From contig CM082579.2 in the NCBI GenBank assembly GCA_040954595.2, forward strand, positions 5,879,625 through 5,943,624: 64,000 nt of DNA. Reading direction: 5' to 3'. This document shows, piece after piece, positions 51,301-64,000 of the stretch. This stretch comes from Balanoglossus misakiensis. Taxonomy: Eukaryota > Animalia > Hemichordata. How positions within the stretch are numbered: the first letter of the stretch is position 1; the number at the start of each line of letters is the position of its first letter. Below the pieces are notes generated by a model, which did not search any database, was not told the origin of the DNA, and saw nothing but the letters and a program-made list of their open reading frames with translations. A program made the translations under genes and the position numbers.

Positions 51301-52254
51301 AAAACAAACTGTTCAGTGTTTTTGTCACAACTGTCATTTTAGCTAAAAGGTTAACACCTTACCACACCGCACAGCAAAAAAGGCCCACCTTGCGTGTCGT
51401 GTCTGTCTATAATATTACAGTGTTCTTTGTGTTTTGTGAAACTGACCGGATTGGAAGGCAGTCACCGCATATTTGGCGTATTGTACTTATTTCCGTTCCA
51501 CGCGCGCAATGATATGCGTCTTTTTTCGGGGTGGTTTGCGTCTTTGTGGGTATCGATCGCATCGCCGTTTGTCCGGGTACTAGGCTAACTCGAGCCGTCC
51601 CAAGTCACGTATACCGTTGCATGTTTTGCCTGAATGTAACGCTCAACATATCTGGGGGTTTCGATAACACAACCAATCAAACAACCAAACAAACAATAGA
51701 GAATAACGTTTCGTTCGAAATAATAACTACACCATATTAAAGAAGATGTGTAACAACAAGCGACTCATTATGTCGCAGTAATCATTTCTCACACCAAGAA
51801 AAACGCTATCATTTGTCGTTTGAATAACTTAGCACGGAGCGTGCGCAAGAGACAGTGCGCTCTAAGCAGCGCGAGAGCTGTCGTGGAAGAAAATGGGCGT
51901 CAAATCCGGACAGAATATACGACGGAGTTTAGTAGAAACTGGAAACTTGCCCAGCTTTGCCCACGCATCCGATCGACCCGGGGCCGAAGCGCCACCAGGA
52001 TTTGAAATTCTTACACGTATTACTGGCACAATGATACATAACTCACAACACATTGTGTATAGACGGTGCTTTTTAGAAGGCAAACACAATGTCGTATTGT
52101 AATATGTTTTGGATCATCCGTCCTGCGGCTCTTATGTTTTTAGCTTTTGTCCATGTCTGCCACGGTACTCGAAAAGCTTTTAAGGGGTTCTTTAGTTAGT
52201 GCGGTGGTTGCGAAAGTAGGTTAGGAAGCTAAACGCTTCAGAAGTTCCAAAGCT

Positions 52255-52350
52255 CTATCTTGCTCTTGTCCTATCCTGTTCTAGCCCTGGTTGTTCTGTT
52301 GTGCTCTGTTCTGTTCTGTTATGCAGGCTCTGTTATGTTCTGTTTTGCTT
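52255..52350. repeat. Degenerate pentanucleotide repeat (CTGTT-like)
   Basis: gttct/ctgtt periodicity. Confidence 0.65.
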
Positions 52351-53380
52351 TATACTACCCGCTCACTCTATAGTGAAGAGCCTTGTAGCGAACCGTGGGC
52401 TGTGAGAGAGTCTACCTATTCCGATGCATTTTCACAATCACCCAAACCGCCGACTGGCCATTTCGCAATACCCACAGTGACCTGGTCAAGTGAAAATGCA
52501 ACCTGGCTGCTTCGGAAAACCACTGATCCCTTCGACGAAACAATAGCACGTCCCTTTATTTTTTTACATTTTACTTCCCTTGAAATCATCATTTTGATGA
52601 ACAATCGTCCGGTCAGGATGTCTCCGAGTAGTGATTGCAATAACCATAGACCCTATGCAATAACTTATGCTACCACGGCCCTACCCACCCATTTGAAACA
52701 GAGCTCGCCCGCGGCTGCGTACTATTGGCCACAATTACAAACTCCTAGGCCTACATACGTTACCACTGGTTACGGAATTTACATATGCGCGCGGCGTTCT
52801 GCGTGTCACTTATATTGGACCTAAACGATCTCGCGAGGGCTATTAACTTTTGACCCAAAAAAACTGGCATATATAATCAATCGATTTATGAATTTATCAA
52901 CGTCTGTGTCAATCGATCGGTCATAAGAAATTATCAAATCACGCGCCGTTGAGATCCGGTCCACTGCAAGCTTGGTATTTAATTGTATACTAATAGATTC
53001 GTCCTGTTATTATATCTGCGTATGCGTTCCTGGCTTTCTGGATCAAAGGTCCCAGGTACGGTACTAAGTTGCAGTGTTGGACATTGTAGAACCTGGCAAT
53101 GATGAAATCTCATACAGGTGGTCACCGTATGTTAGTTCGTTTGAGACCCATCATCTGGATGTCTGCCTGATTTATTGATAAAAAAAACAAGTGGCTTGTG
53201 TCGGTAAACTGTTTTTATCTCGCAGGTCATGACCCTGAACGTGAGAGGAACTCGCCTGTGGACGCACACCAGAGTACGGCCACGTTAACCCTGCAAGTAG
53301 TGGCGAAGGCAGGATTGTCGGCATGTGGGTTGCTGTAACCGCTGAAGCGGCCTGCCACTCTAACAGAGCAAAACAGATGG

Positions 53381-53561
53381 CGTGACGTGATGTTGTGTGT
53401 TGTTATGTGATGTGGTGTGATGTGGTATCGTGTGGTGTGGTGTATTTAACATGGAGTGTTGAGGTCAGGTGTGCTGTGCTGTGACGTGATGTCATGCGAT
53501 GTTGTAAAGTGTTATGGTGTGGTAAGGTAGGGTACGATACGATATGATATGATATGATATA
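53381..53561. repeat. Degenerate pentanucleotide repeat (GTGAT/GTGGT/GATAT)
   Basis: 5-nt periodicity is visible throughout. Confidence 0.8.
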
Positions 53562-56500
53562 CGACCAACATTCCCCATGATACTGAGCCGACAAAAATAT
53601 AAGAGGTCAATTTCAAAGATGCACCGAAATTTTTGTTGATTGCAACCCTGACTAAAATGAATTTTTCTTTTCATATTATATGAGGATTAGTCGTGATGGG
53701 TCCACTACAGGCATATCTGTCCCGATCGTCTGGATTATATCTTACTGCGACGACAATCAGTCATGACATGGTATCGACAAGGGCTGAAGATAAATTTGTT
53801 GGCGCACAGATTACGCTGAGCGTGATCAATGCAACAAACATCGCGCCATTGCAAGGGTTGGGCGTCAAATCATGCACTGAGGTTAATCCAGTCTGGTTGA
53901 TAGATAACAAGTGGGAGAAGATTGAAAAAAAAATCGCCACGGAAATTAAACAAAACAAAACACATTGTAACACGTAGCTCTGTGTGACGGGGGTGTGTGG
54001 TTGGAGGCGCAGCAGGTATAAATAGAAAACACAGCCCCGCCGTGCAGTGCAGAGCTGTGGGTTACACGTATTCCGAAGTAAAGCGGAATCTGCATCCTGA
54101 AACTCCCCGGATGTGAATAAAACGGAAACTGCGTGTCAGTCAACGCGGGTAATTGTCGAAATGTAAACGGATTTCTGGGGAATAAGAACAATGCGGATGC
54201 TTGTCAGTCTAATAGCAAATTGATAAGATACAATTAGCAGGAGTTAAATGACTTCTTGAAACAGGTGTTGTTCCCAGCCCCTTGCTCTCACGGCCTCAAC
54301 AGGTGTGCGGCGAAAAATCGATCAAGCGTCCGGCCAATAATTGGTCGAGTTTTCTAAAACAAAGGCGAGCACTTAATCGGCCCGTGCGACGCAGAAAATA
54401 TGTAATTATGGAGAGTATTTACCGCGCATATAACTCCACCACGCACATATTGACAGCATCCCACGACTTTCTGCCACTCGGCAGACCTTATAACACGTAG
54501 TTTCAATTACAACACGAAAATAAGTTGCTGAACCAAGTCTAGGAATTATTAAAACGGTTATTTTTTTGCCATCCTCAGACAATTTTGTCCCCGGACCATC
54601 GTTTTCTCAAAAGCAATTTATTGCTGAGTAAGAAGGACACCAAATACATTTAAACCATGTCACTGAAACTGCCAGGTAAATGTCAGCAAAGAAATTGAAA
54701 AGATTTGTTTTATATCTGACCTAAAAACCGGATTGAAATTGTAAGAATGTCTTAGCCACAAACCAACAACACGTTGTCAGGATTATGTAAGTATCTTGGG
54801 CGTTCGATGATACGCCAAATATTGATATGCAATAACATCATCTTACTTTTTTTCAAGTTACGAGGTTTTTTTCAAATGAGGTTGAAAACTGTATCATAAT
54901 GACATGAAAGTTTCGCTTCTGTGATTCAAGAGCAGAATATTCGATCTTTACAACCCAAGCGTTACAAAAATTTCGGGTCGGTGTGCGAGGGTACTTCTAT
55001 CGATGAAACAACTCGCGATGATAATCACATATCGGTTTACATCGTCGGAGGAGCGAATAATGGCGCGAAATCCCCCCAACAACCGCCATCGATGTAACTT
55101 GGGGGTGGGGCGGGTGCGGATTCAAGGGCTTCGGGGAAAACAACTCCGCCGACTGAAACATTTATGAAGTCGTTTTGTCTTCCCCCACTCCTCTATTGAT
55201 GTCTACAAAACCGACGACAATGGGCGACAGACAATGCATGGTTGAACTGAAAGACAAACGAGTGGGTAATCCCACGCCGTTAATCAAAAGGTCTGGACTG
55301 GTCTCTCTCTATTTTTGGCGGATTTCGGCCGCTTATCCGTGAGACCACACACTTGTCAGAAAATTACGAAATCCACAGCACAAGGCATAGTTCCGTCGGC
55401 AAACTTTCTGCAATATTCTAATCCCGGTGCGGAAAGAAAGTTAGTTTCATTTTTTTCAGAATCATGGGCGTTATACCGTGATCAGGTTTAACATTATAAA
55501 CAATTGGGTTTATGATTCGAACTATATAGTCTTCCATTTGGCATGTGTAAGCATAAGCCCGTTCTTTCTTCCAATAATTTTATGTGCATTGCGTTAGAAT
55601 AGCACCATAGAGATATAATTAACTCTTCCTGGGGTCCGCGTCTCCTTGGAAAACTTGGGTTATGACCAACAACGCGTAACTACTCCGCGCGGGCAACTCA
55701 ATGCGACCATTTCTTTGGGCCCGGCGGTCGCAAAATTTTCTTGCCCGTAAATTACACGTTATTTGAGGGTACACTTTCCCGCCCGGGATTCATGTCTAGT
55801 CCGCGACACGTTTCACAAAAAGTCCGTCGTCGTGTGAACGCCAGCCAAGCCCGGAGAAGGGGCGCGGGATCGCAGTCAGTGACATTGGCACACGGTTGAA
55901 CTTTATTGTTGACGAAAAGAACAGCGATCGACTTTTTTACGACATTTTGACTTAATCCATGGGAAAAAGTTTGGAGACCTATCGATTTGCGATCGATTCG
56001 CGCAACGTTTCTCTTTCAACCTCGATCCCTTACGACCAGGCGCTGGTGAAAAAAAATCATTGAATTAAATGATAATAAATCAAAACGGGTCTTATTTGCC
56101 AAAGCCCCTGGGTCTGTTCTCTGTAGCCGGCGTTTATGTCAGGTATCGGACCGTAAACACAGTGTTTGAAGAAGCAGTCGACTAGACCAGAATGAGCCAA
56201 TTAGTTTACCGATAGAGCGCTAACATGAGAAATGCATCTCTTGGAGCCATTCTCAGTTGTAACTCGAAATAGATTTCTTTCTAAATAGAGTTATTTTTAC
56301 ATCGACTTGGCTGATAAACAGATCTGTCACTCGTACATTTCTGACCCCCCTCCCCCAATAATTGCACACTTGCGGCAGACTTTCCTGCTCGTCGGAAAAG
56401 ACGCGGAGCTCCCGCGTTGCCCTGGCAACAGATGCACACGCACGGAAAGCTGATACTGGACCTCAAACTTCATAACACTACGAACAGAATGCGAATGGCA

Positions 56501-59500
56501 CCCTTTAGAAACAGTCGCGGAGACACGAGACACTCGCGACTCGATGATCACGGCCAGCTCACCGGTGTACCTGTCAATTTTTGTGAGCTCTTCTCTTCTC
56601 CCCCCCCCCCCCCCCCCACGCGAAAGTGCAAACACTCGAGTTGCCGAGCACACACTCACCAGAAGAATTCGTCACAAAAGTTAAAGCACGCTCGTAAATT
56701 CAGCCTCTCTGCTAAACATACAGTGTATTGTGCCGGCAATCAGCGACGTGGCCACCGAACACCGAGAAAGCCACTAAGATTTTCAATGGAATGTAAACCT
56801 GGCCGACGGTAAATAAAACGGTGGAGTGATTTATGCCGGGTGCTCGGGTGGCATACGGTGCATATGAACGTCGCCACGAGAAGATTTAGGCAATCTTTTA
56901 ATCCACGTGCCCCCTTTTGATATAAAGAGCGCCGCTCACTCGGTGGATTTGAATCCCGGATTAACGAGATTCACTTCGGCCTTTTATAATACGGTTTATC
57001 AAGTTCGGGATTCTGTGTTGATTGGCACCAAATGATGCCGTCAGAGGCAAATTCCAAATCTGTGAAGTAATTGAGCGAGTTTCAAGAGATTAATATGGAT
57101 TTTCACAGAATGATTTGTGGAAATTTACAGCTCCTTCAGCTGATCTAATGGGTCCATGTTAGATTAATATGGATTTTGCAGACTCATTTGTGGAGGTAAA
57201 ATAGGTCCGTTGTCGCGAACTTTGAATTTTCGCATAATAAAATCGATTTTCATTATTATGTGTTAATTTTTATTTTTGTGTGATTGTGGATGAAATCACA
57301 CGGCGGTGTTTTCTGATTTGATAAGGGAACTGGAGCTGACGACTTTAGCGGTTGCTGAATATAAATTCTTCTCAATGCTCTACATGTACACCACATGCAG
57401 AAATTGTTGCAAACTGTCAATGTTTGCTTTTTGGGAAATGATAACGGTCCAGATGTGGCGCGTGATTTATTGAGTGCAGAGATTCAAATGATGCTGACCT
57501 TTAAAGCAAGTTATTTGATTAGTGTATGTTAGTCTATCTGATAGAGCTAGATGATGAAGTTTATGTCAACGTTGGTGAGGCCTTGTCGGCAGACGTTTTC
57601 TTAGCCAGGGGCCTTGTCCTCACGCGATATCACCAACGAACAACTTACGAATAGAAGGGTGCCATGACTGTATGAGCAACAAACACGAGAGTTGTCAAGA
57701 CAACCACGAGCGAAGGTTGTCCATCGAATTACCACTAGCAAAGTTTCAAAGTACCACCAGCAAAATGACTGTAGCCACACAATGTGCATCCGTCCCTTGG
57801 TTTCACATGTACTGGCCCATAATGCATTGCGGCACAGGTGTTCACCATTGGAATGATCCCGAGCCGAGGTTTTCATACATCAGCCTTTAAAAGCTGTCGA
57901 CGGAATCACCAAATTGCATGCACACGGGACGTGTTGGCGAGAGCCAAAAGTATGGTCTGTTTGGAGGGGGGGGGGGGTAACAATAGAGACCAGAATTCCA
58001 TGTGCGGGGCCATCAGACGTGAAGGGCATCCCATCCATCAACGTACACACTTCAGACCCTCTTGAGATTTCAAGTTGCATCTGACCCGGCCTTTTCAGGC
58101 TGCAACAGAAGCCAAGACAAAACCTTTGACAATGGGGTACAACCATTTGCTTGATTGCTGTGGACCTGAGGTTTAAATTATCACTTTGTCCACAGATCTA
58201 CCCTGTTGCAACGTGAAACAAATTGGCCGGGACCATCTTCAATACTACAGCACAGATTAAAACAAATGAAACAGCAAGATGTATTATGCACTCATGCTCA
58301 CGATGGACAATGTGCTGTTCTTCCTGTATCGCGCAGGATCTCGCGGAGTTACGAAAATGGTCTATTGTACAAACTTTTTGCGCTAATTGCACCACGCAAC
58401 GGAGTAGGCCCAGCAGGTTCGCGGATTCCAGCCGCGCCCGGTTGGTCTTGTCTTGTTCGTACAACACAGGTGGTCGTCATTGACCAACGGAGCAGGGCCG
58501 CATTAGTAACATAGTAATTTTTAGGGTGCATTTTAGACGCCAGAGTTGACAAGGGATATAAAGTCGGTCCCTATAGGTGTGCACAGCCTTAGGTCCCTAA
58601 TCCACGATTAATACATGCGGGGAGAGAAAATCCACTGGACGCATTTTATCAGATTAATAATGAGGTAAAATCGATAAAAAGTAACTGCACACAACAGCGG
58701 CTACTTTTCCGGTAATACCGGCATTAGCAAATAGCAGATAACTGTTTAATTACCAGAGTGTGCAAAAGGGGAAACAATATCTCCTCGACCATAGCGTTTT
58801 ATTGTTTTCACGGTATGCTGAAGAAATTACAAAGGAGGCAGTGTCTACTTTTGTTCGATAATTGAGACCGATGTTGGCAGGTAGCTGGAGGAATTTAGCG
58901 CCTGTCACAATTCAAGGGCACCGGGGTGATTTCCATGCGTGTGTGTGTGTGTATAATTATATTATATCACTAGCGCATGTATACTATATCTGTACTCGTA
59001 CCATTTTGCAATCAGATACGCAGGTACTTGCTCTGAACTACAGCGGAACAGGTACTCTAGATTTTGTGGGGTGGGATGGGGAGGGGTGCGGTGTAAATTA
59101 CCCCCCCCCCCCCCCCCCCGTTGAGATTTCCAGTCTAGCTTTGGAGGCGTGGCTAGAAGACAGGGAGAGAGCTTGAGATGCAAGGGTAGTTGATTATCGG
59201 AGTAACTTCACTTGTTGGGACATGTGTGAGGCACTTTTTAAAGTCGGGACTTGGGTGATCTTGGTTTCTTGGGCAACAACGATAGCACCACCACCACCAC
59301 CCACAACAACCACGGGATAACACAATGAAAAAGAAACTTTACGAAATGCAAGGCCTTAAATTTAGCCAATGCAACAATGCTGACTAGGTATTTTCCTTCT
59401 GGGCTAAACATTTCATGACGCTTACCTCAAAATTAACCAACCACGGTGGAAAATGAGATTTTATTTGAACACTGAATGCAATGCTTTTTGAATAAACTAT

Positions 59501-61712
59501 GTGCAAAATGTCATCAAAATGACAACAGAGGTTGGGTTTCTATGGCAATCCCATGGTTGGAGACAAATATGACCGTCTCCCAGTGCGCTGTACATTACTG
59601 AAGGCCAAAGAAACGCATCCATCTTGCGTGAAGTGACTTTGAAACTGAAACCGTCAATCAAGTCTTTTTTATACGCTATTATGGCGACTGACACAATGTT
59701 GGCCGGATACCAATCAGTTCCGTTTCTCGCGTACATGTAACACTGAGATAAGTAGCCATTTTGAGTTTCAAATGATGGCTAATTTGAGGTAATTGATGCT
59801 GTGATACAGAAATGAGCAGTTGGGCCCCCTAACCCGTGGCTACTGTTGCAGGCAAATCTCCTGCGGCAAAGGGGGTAGCGTGAGCTAACACTTTCAGAAG
59901 GTATCTTCACTAAATTTTTCTTGGCAGCAAATTTCCTTGGAGGCTGGTAGAGATGATTGGATATTTTTGTGCGCGAAAATTGTTGTTCCATCAAGACTCA
60001 ACATTTGTTATCATGATGATTTTTTCAGAACACTATTTTCGCCAGTGCAATGGAAATGCAGCACATTGCAAGAACACTATCTTTTTGCTTGTCAAGAAGC
60101 CCCCCCCCCTCCCCCACCCACTTCTAAATGCGTTCGCCTTTTTCACCGAGCCATGAAACTAACGAAGTGTTTCAGTTCAATAAAAAAACTTGAAAGGAAA
60201 GAAAAATACAGAATAACCGTCCGCTAATCAAGAATTGAGTAGATGATAGTTTATTGGGTATTAAATAAATACACTCACCCGAGGGCGAATAATGCACTGC
60301 CTGCCCGTTCAAGTTTTTTAATTGACACTCTAAGGTCATCTGATAGTCTCGCGTTTCACACCTTCAATAAACTCACCTCCTTCAATGCCATCTGTAGTCA
60401 AGTACTTCAGTTTTTTTTGTTGAAAATATTTGTGTGCCCCTTTTCGATCTTTGTCTCAAACAAACTTGGAAAGAGGCCAGCTGTGAAGTCAAACTGGCAA
60501 AAATTTGACCTTGTGTGCTTTTCGTAGAAAATGCTGACAATGGAAAAGGGCAGAGAGATGGGGGGTCAATCAACCCGAAAAATAGTTTTGTTTTGGGAAA
60601 AGAAGAGTCAGCGGGTGTTTCTGTTAGTTTTATCCGCAAGTGATTTTTGTTGTTGAAAAATGTTAAATCATGCCAACTTTAGGTCTTGCTAGTGATTTCT
60701 GCACTTGAACATGACGAGGTCACTCAACGGATAATTCGGACAAATATTTCTTTTGTCGCGTTTCCCATTCTGGCCTGGTTGACCTCTGCACACATCCTGG
60801 TCACTGGCCTTGCTGGCACTGGGGGGTCAAAGTGGAGGGGGGGGGGGTCTCAAAGGTAACAACTGGTCATTAAGCTTATTTCTGTGAGCAGAACATAATT
60901 AATTAAGATCAAAAGGAAAACAAATAATGTCAAAAGTTATGACAGTGCCCCTTTAATGCTGACAGGACTCTTCTATATAGTCAGCTACAAAAAGCAACTT
61001 TGTGACATTGGGGTTTGATATTGAACAATCATAGCATAAGCCCATCTGCTCCATGACCAAGGCAATATTTTGGTCAGTAACTAATTTAACCAGTTCTTAA
61101 TAAAGAACAAACACATGCAGATAGGTACATGTAAAGGCTTTGCCCTTACAATCTTGATTTCACTGCAGTTTTTGGCTGTTTTTTTCACACACAAAATGAC
61201 TTATTCAAGACAGCAAAAACTCTGTTCAAAATCCTGCATCGTATGAAATGTCAACACAGTTACATACATGCATTTCTAAAAAAAGTCGACATGGCAACCC
61301 ATGGGTATCGAACGTGACACGGTCGCACTGTCAGGAATCAACCGCAAACACACAGGTCAGAGACTGTGAATGGGGAATTGGTGGATTCACTGAATAACTT
61401 TCTGTATGAACGCACTGCTGATTTTTACAGCAATCAGCAAATCCAGCTGGGCATGCCTGGATGTCATCTTTTTTTCCCTTCCCGCTTCGAGCTGACAGTG
61501 ATCGGTTTGATGCTATCAGCTGTTGTCTTCGCACTGCATCCATACTGACAGCGTCAACTGGCAACTGATGTCTCACACACCCTGGCTGTGCCTGCCTGCA
61601 CCCACAATGCACTATTCGTCCAATTCCCACTTCAGTCTGCAATGTAGAATTTGCACTCAAATCGCCAATTGATGCCCAAGTCTACACCATGGGAGAAAGG
61701 TTGGCCTATGCT

Positions 61713-61773
61713 GACGTCGGCTGCTATGACCACTCATTTAAGACGTCGACTGCTATGACCACTCATTTAAGAC
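61713..61773. repeat. 29-bp tandem duplication
   Basis: gacgtcg(g/a)ctgctatgaccactcatttaa x2 with one mismatch. Confidence 0.9.
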
Positions 61774-64000
61774 ACAGTGGCACCCCCACCCCCACCCAAG
61801 TCCACTCCCTTAACAAGGTCCACAGAAACAAGAAACATCCCTGTTTTAATCCAGATAGCCTGATACGGGTCTCAAGCGAAATCAGTCAATGAAAGACAGC
61901 CCCTCAAACACCTGCTATGTCTGAAGCTTAATGCCAAGAAACAGACTCAAGAAATCTGTAAAATCCCGAGCTTAATCCGTGCAGATAGACAACACATGGG
62001 TCAAAGGCCCCCTACAGGTTGAGCCTGGATACAGACCTCTGAAATCAGTAATGTACCAGTCCTGAGTTACAAAAGAAGAACAATCAACTAACACCTGCTA
62101 TGTATGACACACAGAGCCTGGGACACAGACCACACTGAAATCAGTAATACCGATTCTCTCAGCCCTGACATTATAAGCCCACTGACACATGTAATTTTCA
62201 TGGCAAGAAGACCACAAGTGTGTGAAATGTCCATGTGTGATTAAAGAAGAGCCTGAATTCTACCCTTCCAGGTGTATGTATTTGTAACAAAGCAGGCACC
62301 AGAGTGCTTCATGAGGGCACGACATGTCGGCCGGGTTCTATGTAATTCTCATCAGGAATATTCTGTGTGTGTATGCGAAAATGCATCTTTTCTAAAGTTG
62401 GTTCATGCCAACAAGTCTTGCATTCTCTGCTGCCAGCCCCCGGGTACATGCATGAGTGAGAAATACCTTGATTACTACAATTAAGGGCCTAATTTTATGT
62501 CTGAGTGTTGACACAACACATTTAGAAATAACCCCCCACCCGGCATCAAGTATGTGGTGCCATCAGCATACAGGTTCTTTAAATCTCTGAATATTGTGAT
62601 CAAGACATTTCTCATTGTCAGTTGGTTTTTCGTTTAACACTTGCCTTTAACTAAAGTCTAAAAAAAGGTATGTCGGAACAAGGTCACAGTTTTTTTTTTT
62701 CTCCAGCAAAAGATGGAAACAGTTTACAAGCAGGACGCATGAATGCTTCTTAGTCATTTGCCATTAACAGCAACTGAGGCAAACTATGTTGATTGGTTGG
62801 TTGATTCAGGGAACCGGGTGATCGGGTCGATTTGGTGATCCAGCCACTGATGATTGGTAAGTGGTGGTAGTGGGGATGTTCTGGTCACTGCTGATACATT
62901 ACATACATGCTTTGCACCAACAGCATGATGCACCACCCTGCTATAGTTGACGAAAAGGTCAAAGGTTAAAAGGACATAAATAATCGCCCCAAAAACACCT
63001 GTGGTTTCATCCTTTTGTGGGGGGAAACATTTTTCAAGGTTCTCGCACCAGACATCTGAATTCAACGGCGGTGCTTTTTGCAAGGCATTCCAGAAGTGTG
63101 GTGAAGTGGGTGACATTGTGTGTGTGTGATACCGGCAAGAGAAATGCTTCGACGACATCGACTTTTCGTTGAAAGCAGAGAAGACAACATGTGCGCAACA
63201 CAAACAAACCCATGATAAATATATCAGCATAAATCGATCAAGGGTGTCAGTAGGGTGATATTGATATACACCATCTGAAAGATGTGCCCATCCATCTATA
63301 CCCACCCAACCATCTGTACAATGTATATACATGGATGAATGCATGTATTCACAGATAGGTTTGCAAACTCTGGTATAGACATATAGACACACACACCCAA
63401 ACCGGGTTAATTGCATGGGTACATCTTGGCAGAACTATAATCACAGATGCAGAAATCATAAAAGGGAGGGGAGAGGGGGACGAGAGAAAGAGGTAGGGGC
63501 AAATAGGCAGACAGAGAGATCTGTCGAGATAAACACAGAATAGAGACAATCAAACATTGAGGAGAACAAGTTACTGGTAGAATGATATACACTGATTTAA
63601 CAGCAACGAAATAATTTCTTTAAAGAGACAGACAGACAACAGACAGACAGTGGGATGGAGACAGCCTGTCTTTTCAAGTAGACAACACTGGAAAATTGAT
63701 GTTGCAGCCAGCCAGCCAGTCAGTCAGTCAGACAGACAGAAAGTATGTAGATGCAAGCACCAACAAGCAAAACACAGTTCAGCAGACAAATTCTTTCCCC
63801 TGCATTACATACATCTGTCACAAAGTCCATCATTAGAAACAAGGTCATGATAGAAATCAAATGACTAGAATAAAAGGGGGCAGGCATCCAATACAATCAA
63901 AACACTGTATAGAAGAAAAGCCTGTGTTACATGTATCAACATAAGTTTCATTGTGAATTAACCATCACTGTGACTGTGAGATTCCTACATGTACGCTGCA

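Noticed and set aside
46800-51346. Repeated ORFs (e.g. identical 69-aa ORFs at 49318 and 50666; MYVC and YIHT ORFs)
   Set aside because: By-products of the HINE internal repeats and the GTAT microsatellite.
53226-53365. GC-rich, exon-like stretch with possible acceptors on both strands
   Set aside because: No recognisable protein in any frame I translated and no partner exons.
5171-59119. Numerous poly-G/poly-C runs of 10-19 nt
   Set aside because: Scattered with no relation to features; appears to be a background trait of this genome.
61290-61345. tRNA-like B-box (gttcgatacc...ttgcca) on the minus strand
   Set aside because: No A-box or cloverleaf could be built; at most a SINE fragment.

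Overview
Eukaryotic, intron-containing genomic DNA from an invertebrate deuterostome; an echinoderm-like source is inferred from the hyalin/HYR gene and overall sequence style, not proven. Gene models were built by hand from GT-AG sites and reading-frame continuity. (1) 1-4127 (-): the 5' part of a secreted or membrane protein with a signal peptide, a SCARF-type CCxGW module, a cbEGF domain and at least 4 HYR repeats; it continues off the left edge. An intronless rhodopsin-class GPCR (919-2013, +) lies antisense inside one of its introns. (2) Two 3-exon FGF ligand genes in tandem on the minus strand: a divergent, Cys-rich FGF with a polybasic insert (9031-13008, 255 aa) and a canonical, strongly FGF3-like FGF (22655-31232, 237 aa). 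(3) About 33 kb upstream with no coding exon I can support. It contains a 6.8 kb nested and head-to-tail cluster of non-autonomous Helentron/DINE-1-like (HINE) rolling-circle elements (44229-51014). Their ~239 bp internal repeats carry perfect AGGTCA DR4+DR1 composite motifs, and a (GTAT)n microsatellite follows the cluster. CpG becomes visibly scarce from about 60.7 kb. Most short ORFs in the supplied track are spurious.
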